Source: Saccostrea echinata (lineage: Eukaryota). From it: a stretch of 64,000 nucleotides of DNA. This document shows positions 37,681 to 50,500 of this stretch, piece after piece; the first letter of the stretch is position 1; the number at the start of each line of letters is the position of its first letter. The stretch is from NCBI RefSeq assembly GCF_033153115.1, contig NW_026889803.1, positions 48,980,001-49,044,000 on the forward strand. Direction: 5' to 3'. The translations under genes were made by a program, and so were the position numbers. Below the pieces are notes generated by a model, which worked only from the letters and a program-made list of their open reading frames with translations, had not been told where the DNA came from and made no database searches.

Positions 37681-37870
37681 GCCTGCGTGGCGCAGTGGTT
37701 AGATTCCAGAAGTAAGGAGTACATGAAGATCCTTACGTTGCGGGTTCGAATCCTCTGCAGAACGTGGCTTTAAAATGGGTCTTTCGGATGCTGAGGTCTC
37801 GTGTCGAGCTGGTACGATAAATATTCCTGACCGTTCTATGGCTATAAGTGCCGAGTACAAGTCTTCCACC
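37681..37870 (+). mobile_element. tRNA-derived SINE (Pol III A and B boxes), possibly Deu/Nin-domain type
   Basis: A box TGGCGCAGTGG, B box GGTTCGAATCC, no complete cloverleaf; body TCTTTCGGATG..GAGGTCTCGTGTC recalls the start of the Deu/Nin domain (from memory, unverified). Confidence 0.65.
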
Positions 37871-38027
37871 GGCAGTTGGTGGTATATGAGCGAAAAAATC
37901 TCGAAGGAACGTAAAAGTAAAATACACAAATAAAAATATATATGGAAAATCTACAGTAAATGACAAAGTTTGAAGTATATTATTTTTAACGTGATAATTG
38001 TAAGATCAAGATAAAGTAATGGGTGTA

Positions 38028-38231
38028 CTGTAAATCACTTTTTATTCACGAGAACTTTATTTTCGCGTAATTACGCGAGTCTGCTCGCGAAAATTTTATT
38101 CTCGCGTACATTTGTATTGTTTAGGATTATATACAACACAAAACATAGCTCGCAGAAATTTTGTCTCGCTAATAAATACCAAATAGCTTTCTCACGAAAA
38201 TAAGGTGTCGCGAAAATATAGTGATCTACAG
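38028..38231. mobile_element. Short TA-type MITE
   Basis: TA|CTGTAAATCACT ... AGTGATCTACAG with internal TTCGCG/CGCGAA repeats; same end style as 1682-2497. Confidence 0.7.
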
Positions 38232-38499
38232 CATGATCCCCATCTTGAAATTCATTGTCATTTGTCAAAGACAACTAAATCGTATTTGAAGATTTTTCCT
38301 GGAGAAATATGGCAGGTACCCTATGTTGAAAATGATCTAGATAAACTTATGTACACATTTATATGATACAAATAAATTTTATCAAAGAACAAAAAAACAT
38401 TATTTTATTGCTGTTTAAAGCTTTATTAAAGTGAAAACTTTTCGTTTCACGTTTTGTTTTTCTAATTTAAGAACACATCATTTTTCGTATACAAGACAC

Positions 38500-38995
38500 A
38501 AGATATTCTGTTGACCAATCAAGGGCCCCGGAAGGCATTGTAATACATAAAAGTAAAATTTAAACATTATCACAAAAGAAAACAATCATAATGCATATTT
38601 GCATATAACTATAATCAAACTACTCATGATGCTTTGATAGTACATACATGCAATGCTACATGTAAATGTGAATACATGTACGTATTGATGCATTTGGATT
38701 TCATTTGAATCTCAAAATAAATTTCTAAAACATGCATGTACACGATAATACATGTATTTATTCATAAGTTATTTTGTTGTTTTCAAAAATGAAATTTCCA
38801 AGCAAACATAAAACTTCTTTAATTTTATTTTTCAAGAAATTTGAATTGATGAAATATTTCCATTAATGGTAACCTTTCAGTGTTATATTTTGGACAAACA
38901 AACAAAAAATGATGTTCATCCCCAACCTTCTGCATTTCACATTGAGAACATACTCTTAATTCAGGGGGAGGGCCTTTATATCTCCCTTTCCAATA
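38500..38995 (-). mobile_element. 3' remnant of a non-LTR retrotransposon (ORF2 C-terminal CCHC motif)
   Basis: GRYKGPPPELRVCSQCEMQKVGDEHHFLFVCPKYNTER matches the R-x-C-x2-C...DExH-F-x2-C motif at LINE ORF2 C-termini; the left boundary is approximate. Confidence 0.65.
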
Positions 38996-39023
38996 TATAC
39001 CCCGCTGGCCAATGACAGTTATA

Positions 39024-39167
39024 CAGTTGAACTTCGGTATCTCGAACACGTATATCTCGAATACCATGGATATGTCGAAGTCATTATGAATTCTTTAAGT
39101 AGTTTACCCTGGATATCTCGAAGTATTCTTTTGGTCCCTTCGAGTTCGAGATAACGAGGTTTGACTG
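39024..39167. mobile_element. Tc1/mariner (pogo-like) MITE, same family as 16254-16412
   Basis: TA|CAGTTGAACTTCGGTATCTCGAAC ... GTTCGAGATAACGAGGTTTGACTG|TA. Confidence 0.85.
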
Positions 39168-39186
39168 TATTTCTTACAATTAAAAA

Positions 39187-39390
39187 GTGGCCGGTATAAT
39201 GAGGGGAGATTATCTTTGTTTCTTACCTTTTGTTCTTGAAAAAGTGACCGGTGTTCGGTTTTCAGGGGGTGGTCGGTTTTATGAGAATTTATTTGTAAAG
39301 AAATCTAAAAAAAATTTGCCGGTACTTACAAATTTGGCCGATATTAAGAGAGAACCGGTTTTCAGGGGCCGGTTTAGAGAAGTTTCACTG
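39187..39390. mobile_element. 3' half of another mariner-type MITE
   Basis: Repeated CCGGTTT motifs ending GTTTCACTG|TA. Confidence 0.5.
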
Positions 39391-42300
39391 TATTTAGTGC
39401 GAAGTTAGTTATACATTTCCTCTGATCAAAATTATAAACAATAGTGAGATTGTGCTCTCTTTCAAAGTTATATATTTCTATAAACTTAAATAAAAACTGC
39501 AAAATGGATTGGGCCTCCTTTCATTACATATATGTACCTACATGTACATATATTTTTCAAATTGCAGTCGCCAAAGAAAAAATAAACTACTTCGGCTATA
39601 ATGTGTGTCACTATTAAAGACGGTTTTATTATGTTCCATTCACTCGTATCTTCACTGGCATCGTATGAAATTATTGTGGGGACGAAATATATGACAACGT
39701 TTCTGAACAGAACAGACAAATAATCCCGACTTCAATCAGATATTAAAATTAAATTGTCTGCAACTTCCTGTCAACATAAAGAATACATTTAGAAAAATCA
39801 TGAAATGCTATGGATACAATTGAGGCATCTTTTAAGAACCAAACATTTTTATACTTAATGCACAACTCTATCAAATTTATTATTAAACGTGATTCGATCT
39901 CAGACCTGCCTTTCCCATTACAGACAAGCAGACGATGGTAGAGCTTGGCGCGAGAACGGCCACGGGAACGCTCTGGCGTCTGTTTCGCTGGACATTCTAT
40001 AAAGACCTAGCTGGACCCTGGAGTAGATTTAAAAGCTTTTTTGGTGGATTTGTTACAGATATCATTTATAAACCGCTTTTAAACCAGAGATCGATGTTAA
40101 ATTGCCCTTTAATAACAATCTTTTGTTAAATGCGTGAAGTAATAATATTTATTTTAAAAATGAATCACGACAGGGCTCCGAGACTGACTTTGTATTTTAT
40201 TAAACTTGATGCATTGCACCTCTTTGTTCTTTTTAGTACTCTGTGGAATTATACACCTTTTACATTGTTAGTCACTAAATTAGGTTCATGAATCTGATCT
40301 TTTAATGAATTAAATTTTGTGACTCAGAAAAACACCGGATATGATAAATTCTTTGTTCGCACGAAAATCCTGCTTCTTGATACTTTTTCTCTGAGTTAGC
40401 ATGCAGTGAACTACGGGACAGAATGGACTGTACCAAGCCAAAGCGAAACGGGACCTACGTCCATGTTCATGTCAACTAGTGCCTTGAAATCAAAACGAGT
40501 CACTTTTGCACAATAGAGCTCACACATCCTAGGGAATCGTCTTATAAACTTTGGAATTTGATATTGTATCAGTTGAAATCAAGCGAATTTTAATTGATTT
40601 TACATCGAATAATTTTCTTTTGAATTTACATTTCCCACCAAATATGACTTTTCTACCTAGTGCTGGCAGGGGATCTGTATTATTGCCTTAGCTGTACTCC
40701 ACAGGACCAGGCAAGCCTCAGTTCCCCTCATTAAGCGTAATGAATGCCGGATAATCCCGCTCTGTCCTGGGATTTCAATCTTTACATTGCCAAACACACC
40801 TAATTTATTTTCTTTTGTCGGAATGTGACAAAATGGAAATATTAGCCGAGGGAAGCTCAGCAAACTCTCCGTCAAATTTCACAATGCACTGGTCCTCAAT
40901 ACGGCTTTGGTTAGGCTAGTTGCATCATTATTGGAATTGAATATGCTGATTTGCCGGGGGGTTCCGGATTTTGTTTGTTGCTCAGTTTGACCATAAGAAA
41001 TATGATATACATTTAAGATAGAAGTTGTCGGACTACTTTGGGTACAGACTACTACAGGACTGTTGATACATGACCAGAATAAATATTTATTTATCTAACA
41101 TAATGTCTTTTTTCATTTTTTAAGGCCTCGTTTTGAAGTTCATCCAGGATTGTCCAGAAACTTCTGAATGGCGGATTTCTTGAGAGGAATTTTATGAATC
41201 CATTATTTTTGCTGTTCATTTAACAAACTGTAATGTCAATATTTATTGGTTACGAAATAAATGATAACACTGTCCTGTCGACATATATCTATTAATCAAT
41301 AAAATTTTCGTTTTGTCTACCTATGGTCAATCACCCGGTCATAAAAATACATATATGTATACATGTATGTACCTTACAACGTACCAGACCCACTAATGAT
41401 AATTTTCCATGATATTCTTAATTCAAAATCAGAGTACCATCAGAAGTTTGTGGACAAAAAATCAGCAGATATTTCCAAGGGTTTTGTAGAGATATCAAAT
41501 GATAAATATCTTTGTGTTTTTCAAATGAAAATTAACAAAAACATAGTTTTAGCTGGTATTTCCTCATACTTTGATTTAGAAGAGGTGTACAACACCATCA
41601 GGCATTATAAAAGTCACACAAAGGTCCTTCTATTATTTAAACTCTTAAAGTATGCGGCGAATAAGTAAATAAAGCTCAAAACTATACGTTGAGTATATGT
41701 GCTTAAGTAAATGTAGTCATATTACCCATTTTTATAAATAGAGGTATATATGCGTACGTCAGAGGACATTGGTAGGTGACCATAAGTATTAGTAATGTTT
41801 CTGATTTTGTCTTGTTAATTGTTAAATGGATTGAAAAATTTTGAATTTCTAGAATGCAGTTCACTTTTGAATTGCATATAGTGAATTGCGAACTGTGTTC
41901 CGTTATATGAATGGCCAGCACTTTGTACATAATCAAGAAATAAACAAGTACAACATAAGGACATAATTATGTTTAAAAGACCATTTTTCCTAAGGAGAAA
42001 TATATTTATTTAGCTCGGATACCTTCAGATGTCCAATACTCTAATAACAGGTGTTTTTCTCTCGGAGTTACTGCTCCTGTGACAATACTTGGCTAGGAAA
42101 ATTGAGACGTTTTCAATTTGTGGTCGTTATTAAGGATAATGGATTTAAATCCACGTTCTTACTTTGATAGAATGATGGATCAACAATGAATCTTGGGGAT
42201 CAAAGTTTGCTCCACAAAGCACCATTACGTGCTGTCCATCTCCCGTCACGGTGGGACCAAGGTTCAGTCAGACCAACACAATCTCTGGAATTCCGTCCAA

Positions 42301-43829
42301 TCTCTGCACCTGTTCAGTACCTGAAATATGTATTCAATGATTCCAAAGCTTTATAATTAAGTTTAAAAGATTATGAGAATTCTTTTGAAGGAAAACGGAT
42401 ATCACTTTGCTTTAATATTCTAACAAGAGATTTTGTCAAAGGTACAACAATTTTGTATATTAGATCTATATACTATACACCCCACCCCCACCCAACACCC
42501 GCCAAAATTTTTTTTCAAATATTTATAAATTCTTCTTTTCCCATTTTTTACTGTTTTCTTAAATAAAAGAACTAAGGGAACAAAAGAACAAACTTAAATC
42601 TTTCATATTTTGATTATTCTAAGAAATGGGAATTATTTCCGCATTGTGTTTATACCACCACTTTGATTTATATCAGTGATATTATCTTAAATAAGCTCAT
42701 TTTAAGAAGGTTTACTAATTAGATGTGTAAGAATATGCTGTAGACTTCCCTATTTTAAAGTAGAAACTTCAAAACAATTGAAAAAATGTAATTTTTCATC
42801 GTGTTAAATTTCTTTCTAGAAGTATTTCCGTGAAAGATACATGTACAAGAGGAGATATGTGTAGATACTTCTGAGTGTTATAACTGTTTTTTTTAGCTAT
42901 CTCAGAGTCACTTTGAAAATTAAATTTCGATTGTTTCATTTCAAACTGATATAGATGGGTTCTCTAAGTATATGCATTCAATACGAGTACGTCTCTTGTT
43001 CTTAAACTCGGATTTGTTAATTTTCCAAGTTTCCAAATACCCAAGATTTGCCATGTGAAAGCTGATAAACTGGAGAAAATCTTTTAAAAATGATAAAGTT
43101 TGATTTGAATTTTTTAAAAAAAAATTTTATCTTTAAATTCTTTAAGTTGACGTTTTAATGATTAAGTATTTTTGATCTTCATATTCAGAATACTTGAATT
43201 ACAAATTTCTGTAAACTGGCTATATAGCGTAACAATCAGTATGAAGATGATCTACAGATTTTACATTCTACTGCAAAAAGGCATGTACTTGTCTAAAAGT
43301 TTGGTTGGAGAATTACAAATCTTCAGTGTAGAAAACTTGCAAATTATGGACAAATCTATTGAAAATTACATATAATTGCACTATAGGTTTCGATTTTTTC
43401 GAAAGCCAATTCTTTTATTTAGATTTTCTGTGAAAAAGGGGGAGAAAAAAAATAAAGAAAACTGAATAATTTGGACTTTTTATATGTATGTATAATATAT
43501 TATATATACTGTTGTCTCACACGCTATGATACGTGGGAATCATTAATGATATTTCACGTGAAATTTACTACATGTGTATTATACTTATTCATTTATATTT
43601 CATAATTCAGAACAATTAATAACTGGACACAGTCTGCATAGTAGTTTATGTTCGATATTTTTCCACCTTGTGTAATACTTCTCGTAAGTATACAGAGAGA
43701 AAAATTCATTTGGCGAAGCAGTGAATTCGTCACTGTTTACATTCCTCAGTCTAATTCCTTTACTTAATACCAATTGCGAGTTGTTTTTTTTTCTCTCTCT
43801 CTGTCTCATTTGACCCATACGTTTTTTTT

Positions 43830-44517
43830 AAAAAAAAGATTTCCCCCCTACACTGTATATATAATCCCGTATTTTTTAAAAATAATTATCCCTTCTTTTG
43901 GCCCCATCCTATCTCTGGGAACCATGATTTTACATTTTTTCCTACACACACGAATGTACATAAATGGTGTCACCGGAACCTCGAATTTTACTTCCTTATA
44001 ACCAAGATTAATTAACGAACTTAGTATAAAAACCGCCACACAAGGGGATAAATAAAAAATCAGTATAATCGAGATTTCTTTATAACCGAATGTTATTCTA
44101 CGTTTATAACCGAATTTTACTGTACGTGTACATTTATATGGTAAAAATTTATCAACTTATTGTGGCCCCATCCTACCATAATTTGAACAAACTTAAAATC
44201 TTCACTACGTATGGAAGCTTTCACTTCTGTTTCATCTTTTCTGGCTAAGTGGTTAAAGAAAAAAAATGACTTTATATAACAAAAATTTAATATATACATG
44301 CATGTACATACTTCCTTGAAAGAGGGCACATCTCTTTATCTTACTAAATTTGAATCCTTTTCTGCCTAGGTTCTTTGTGGCTGGTTTGAGTGAATTTGGC
44401 CCGATGGTTTTAGAGAGGAAATAGAAAATCTTTTCAAAGGTTTAAAAACGGACGGGCGCACGGACAAAATGTGATCAGAAAACCTCACTTAAGCTTTCAG
44501 CTCAGGTATGATAAAAA
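43830..44517 (-). mobile_element. Degenerate Cg170-type HINE
   Basis: TGGCCCCATCCTA monomer motifs, ACGGACGG tract, end GATCAGAAAACCTCACTTAAGCTTTCAGCTCAGGT. Confidence 0.65.
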
Positions 44518-47500
44518 GTAAATTAGCACAAGAAAAAATATGAGATTTATGAATAAAACTGGAATTAAATTTATGGACTATGCAAAAAATTAACTTATTA
44601 TGGAGAAAAACTAATTTTTGAAAAGCGATTCAATTATCCGGATGATTTCGTTCGGAACGAAGGTGTCCGGATTAAAGAGGCGCCACTGTATAATATTTTT
44701 CATACTCGAGGTGTTAGAAGCAGAAAGTATTCTAAATGTTTCGAGATAATGCTCCTGGTATGTTATTTTTGAGCACGGGACATTCAATTATTGTTTTTTA
44801 ACATTAATTAGGATTAAATTTACTGCTTCTTTAAATCTTAACTAAATAATAATTAGCTACTCTTTTTGTAAATGTCTGACGATTTTCCTCGATTTGAAAA
44901 GGTTGAACATTTTGAGTAGGTCTTGTTTCTTCTTTTACGGGTCCAAAACTAGGCATCCATTGTGACATAAGCAGATCCACTTAGAGATTTGAGCAACATG
45001 TTGTTTTAGCTACAGATTTTTCTTTTATATTTCTTGAATTCATTCTTTGTTTGGACTCGTGGGAAAGTAGAAGAAGATATGATAGTGAGAAGGACTAGAG
45101 ATGTTCGCCATTGTTTGTCGGACAATGCGAACACCGAGTCCGACCTTCATCCATCTGCTAACACTAAAAGAAAACCATCCGGCGGCTCGTCGGCGCGGTA
45201 ATGGCGCGATAATCTTTTTCATCGCTTGTTTAAATGTTTACAAGAAGGTAAAGAAATTGAACTTGGAAACTTTTTATGTATTAATGGTTATCAGATGAGA
45301 AGAGTGCCACCTTATCTGTCTTCATCTGTTTAACCACTGTGGCAACCCACCCCATACTGCACGTGGATCATCGCGGGCTGACCCAAATTTTGAGGAGACA
45401 ACAGCGACTTCACGTATTTTTTAAATTACAAATTAATTGGTCCTTGTCAGATTAATAGTTGAGCAGATTCGTTAAAGATAAGAGATGTTGAATCACATTT
45501 GGAAAAATAAAGTATTTTAAATTCGATTGATAATCGTTGAATATATGCAACTATTGTGCAAATAAGGGTTTAAAGAAGTTAGCAAAAAGATTGGTTGACA
45601 ACGTTTGGCTGTCTTAGTGCCGAGACGAATTGGGAATACTTGAATCATCCCAGAATAAGCCCCATTAGTATATGTCGGCATATCTGTCCCTCTGACGTTA
45701 GCTTCGTCTTCTACGTTCATCATTTGTATTTCGACCTTGCAACATCATTCACTGATGACCAGCATCTCGAGGAAAATGAGACAATTTTGAGAGACGAATC
45801 AGTCTCCAAAGTCCTATTCTGTCCTATATTCTTACTTTATCGGCAAGATAGAAATTATAAAAATATAAACAAATTACACTTCAAGCATTTATCCGAAACT
45901 GAGGGACACATTTGTTTTTTTAGTGAGTTTGGTTTTATTTCCTTTTCATTCGTGTAAATCGTCTAATGAAATTAAAACATTTGTATGGAAGAAGAAAAAG
46001 AATCTAAAAATGGGTATCATGAATTAGCTGATATAAGGAGTCAATCTGGAAGAAACTTTGTTTAAAAATTCCAACACTCCGCATGCTCAGAGATTGCATT
46101 GTTTTCTCTAAGAATCCCGTATAACATCCAGTCCAGATGTAACAGATTAAATATTTCTATAGCTAATCACTGGAGTATTTTTAAAATATCCATAATCTTT
46201 CTTCTCAGTATTTTTACATTTTTGAAATGAAAATCTTCATTAAACAAGATACGTTGAACATCTCTTTTAAATCCTGTCAATGTAGTTTTCTTGATTATAG
46301 ATGGGTTAAGGGTACACATAGTTTGAACTACTAGTATTTAGAAAGTATCAGATATTATATTCTTAATTAAGTGGACTAAATATTTTAAAACCGTTAAAAC
46401 AAGATTGCAATGGCAATGTTTGAAAACAATCAAGAGACTCTGGTAGTTGCATATTTGAAGACTTTTAGAATGTCAAAACAGATTTCTATGCGGACGTCGA
46501 GTTCAAATTCCGAACAAAATGTTTAAAACTTGCACGAATATTATAAAGCGTTTATCTTAAAAGACCTATCTGTTTCCAGATTAGAGGGTTAAAGTTTCTC
46601 GAGCCATTTTTAAGTAAAATGATATACCTATTTGCCGAAATCAATGTCTTAAATGTTTTTGTCTCTCGTTTAAGAGGGTCATATGACCCCCTCTTGTGAC
46701 ACTCTATAATTTCGTATTTGAAAGCTAAAGCTTGTGAAAAAACGGAAATTTAATGAAAAGTCAAAAGGGGGTGAATTACGCCTAACCGTTTTGGGGGAGA
46801 TAAGATCTATGAACTCAATATTATTATTTTAAAAATGATATCCCATATATAATTTGAGGAAAAAGTATCGCCATAAAATGACAAGGAAACTATTCTTCTT
46901 TAAAAAAAATTTTATGAAACATGGAAAGTAGCAAAAACGCTTTAGAGGAAACAGTAAATTAGAATTTTAATGTAAATGGAAAGTTGTGTTAAAATTGATA
47001 CATTCCAAAAATATAGCAAGGGTATGGAGGTCTTCTACAGAATTTACCAGATTTAATTAAGGCGGGTTCATCGCTTTGAACACAAAATTATTAACTCCGA
47101 TATTCTGATATTCTCAATGAAATTTTTTCGTTCACTTAATTAAATGAAGAGGATCATGCAGTGATTTACATATTATTTTGAACAGCTATATATTTAGGAT
47201 TGTCTCACATACGTAAGTGATATACAGCAGACATTGTCCAGGAGTAATACATGTATTAAGTCCTCCCACCTGGAAGTCACGCATAAAAAAGAAAGAAAAA
47301 GATACTTTTTGTAATGAATGATATAAAATTTTTGAGTTCCCATTTTGCTTTGTGATAAAAAGAGATATGCCATTGAACGTAAAAATGAATTTTTAAAAAA
47401 TGGCTTTGTCTTTTTTTTATTATGGTTATGAGCATTCCCCTGGAATGATTGGGTAAAGTTGAGAGGTTTTTCGGTGTAAAAACTGCACAATCTAGGGCAC

Positions 47501-50500
47501 ATCAGGTCACCCGCAAAATCAGCAACAATGAGTTATTATCCCTCTCGCGCTGGCCACTTTATCTTTATGCAAAAAGCATTGAAGCAATATCTTTTATGAC
47601 CGAAAAAAGTAGTTAGCTATTTTCATTATTATTATATTTGGTCAGTTCTGTTGCAAATATGCGCAGCGGGCAGATCCGTCTACTATGTATCCTCCAATGA
47701 ATTCTTTAGAATTTGCAACATCTTTGTGGGTGATTGTAAGGTAAGTCTGTCTTTAAGATGCTCCCCATGTGTGTTTCTATAGCTCGACTGAACAAGGACA
47801 AGTGCTTCCGAAGGTTTCAGAGGAAATCATGACTTTTATGAAACAGAATCGTAAAAGTTCATCAAAGTGGACCTTCTAATGGCTATTATGAGAGTTCAGA
47901 TGCGCCTTATAGGAAGATTACCATCAGAATAAAAGACAAAGTTTTATTGCTGCCAAGAGTTTCCAATTTTATCTTAACAGATCATAATCTTGCAGCAATA
48001 CCCATTTATCATTAAACTGGAATTTATTTTCATTTAAACACTCCCCTTTTTCTATCAAAATATATTAAATATTCAAATTACAACTAAACAGATTGATGAC
48101 AGAGTTTTAATGAGGGAGATCAAAGCCTAAGGCGACAATTCCACACTAGAATTTTTGCATCAAGAGAGTTAAAGGATTGACCAAGGGGTACGAACAATCC
48201 TTACCCTCAAATCATAGCCTCTAAATGGAACCTGTGATTCTATTTCCCCAGCATGCCCCTTCACGTGCAGATATATTGATGTAGGAGGAGTGAAATAATC
48301 CGTCAGTAATGAGCTTTGATTGTCACCAATGCCTTCCACTCCTAAAAAATTCAAGACTTTCAGTGACGAAGTAGGGTTAAAATTCACACGGTAACTATTG
48401 CGGAAACTCCCTTGACTCATCGATAATTGCACAGCACGTGCAGGTACTCGAAAACACAATATTAAAAGGACAAGGGTGTAGCGTATCGGATATGTCATGT
48501 ATTTTGAGCAAAACTAATGTCACAGAAAAACTAAGTATGTTCAACTCGGCATGCATTTTAAAGTATCTATTGACTTTTGAACGAGAGATACAGGTTGACG
48601 TCAATCAGAGTATTGCTAAAACTGGAGATTGGTGTTATCAACAAGGGTTATGTGCAGCACATTGTTTTTAAATCACGACTTTTAGTACCTGTTAGATCTT
48701 AGATTATAAAAAGTACTTGCAAAGCAGGCATGCATTCATGCAAATGACTTTTTTTGAACACTGTTATCAGTTTGCGAATAACAAGGTCCTTTTTATGAAC
48801 CCTGACCAAAGCAAAATTGGAACACTGCATGGTCATTTATTATGCATAAAGCTAGATTTCAACACTAATGTGCGAAAATCCATAGCGAGATAACACGTGA
48901 AGATCAATAAAATAATCTGTTTTTGCAAATTAAATTCTTTTGGAGTTTACAGATAAGGAAAATGAAATCAAATTTATTCAGGCTACTTTTGGTTGGAATC
49001 ATTTGAAATTCTATACTACAAATTGAATTGATAATAGCCAAAGTATCGTATAACATGGCCAACGACGCCGATATCTATCTGACCCTTGTTTGGGTATTTG
49101 GAAACAAATTGCCAGGGAACCGATTGCGATCACGTGCTAAATGTTACACGTACGGTGTCCGTTTCCACCTGCTCTGTAAAAATGGTCAGCCAGAGGTTTT
49201 ATGAGTTTACACGGGGTAAAGTCCATACAGGATCGTTAAGATTTAATGCCAAGAGACGCCGAATTAAACAAAGTTTGGTTAAAAAGGGATGATGAATACA
49301 AAGGTATACATAAAATTATCTCTAGACCATCAGGATTTCAGTCCGTTATAACCTTTATTCGAAATAATATGTGTTTGATCTGCTGTACATATGAGCAGTA
49401 ATTTATAGTAAGTGGATTTCCTTGAACATTGTTGATTGTTAATAAACTCTTTATATAAAGAGATTTTTTCTTGCACTATATATAAACTTTCTTAATTCAT
49501 AACCTTCCGTACATAACCGCACTGAAATGCATTTGCGGAAATGAAAAGCGAAAATAATTAAAAAGTATTTTACGTTGTATGGTATCCTAAGAAAATAATG
49601 GAAGAAAATGAATTCACAAATGTGTTTTAATTGCAGCTTGAATGCATCATAATCAACTAAAATAAGAAAGATTTTCACCCCAGTAAAGTGGTTAAGAAAC
49701 TGAGAACTAAACTATCGCGGTTTGGGGTATATTAACCGGTGTGAGGGTTAAAGTCAAGAATTTCAGGAACGTGTGAAAAAAGGAGTTTTAATTATTTGTT
49801 TCAGAAAGATTTTATGGCGTGGTTAGAATACCTAAGGAGGCCCATACACCTGTAGGTAACTGGATCTTAGTGTCCCCCTCTCGCCAATGATTGAAGCGGC
49901 CCCCGCATATGGTCACGTGGTTTTAAAGGCCGCAGCATCAAATTCGTATTTTTAGCCGGGCTTTGCTGAAAGCAAAGTCCTGGCTGTAGGCATCGTGATC
50001 GACTGCCTTACTATAAATAGCACATGTTCAGAAAAGTAAACAAAAAGCCTAACAGCGTCAAAGCAGACGCTTCCGATAAACAAAATAGTCACATTGAAAG
50101 ACGATTCTTATACAAATATTTTTAACATCTCAATCTACGGAAACGATTGATCAATATTTTTGTTTGAGAATTAAATTGAAAGAGGAATTAGATATTTACG
50201 TTATTAGAGTTATCGTGATATAACAATTTGTGCACATACGCTGCTGAATGCATATTGTAAGCGAACTATTTTCAGTTAGCGCGGGCTTTTCGACAGGTTG
50301 CCTATATTGAATTGTTAAAGAATTTCATATCGTTTTCGTCGATGTTATGTGAGTGGTTATATTCTCTGTTTTGTCTTTCAGCAAATAAATAGATAAGTAA
50401 ATTGGAGTTTGGAGAATTAATGTGCGTTATGCCTGAATCAATTAAGTCGCCTAGCTGACAATTGTACATGGTGTATCTGGTGTATCTAGTTGGCGATAAA

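Noticed and set aside
37681-37765. tRNA gene
   Set aside because: A and B boxes are present, but the acceptor stem pairs only partly, there is no canonical anticodon arm, and a SINE-like body follows
43514-43539. Su(H) paired site
   Set aside because: One half is imperfect (TGTGAGAC) and the orientation and spacing do not match an SPS; only the single CGTGGGAA is credible
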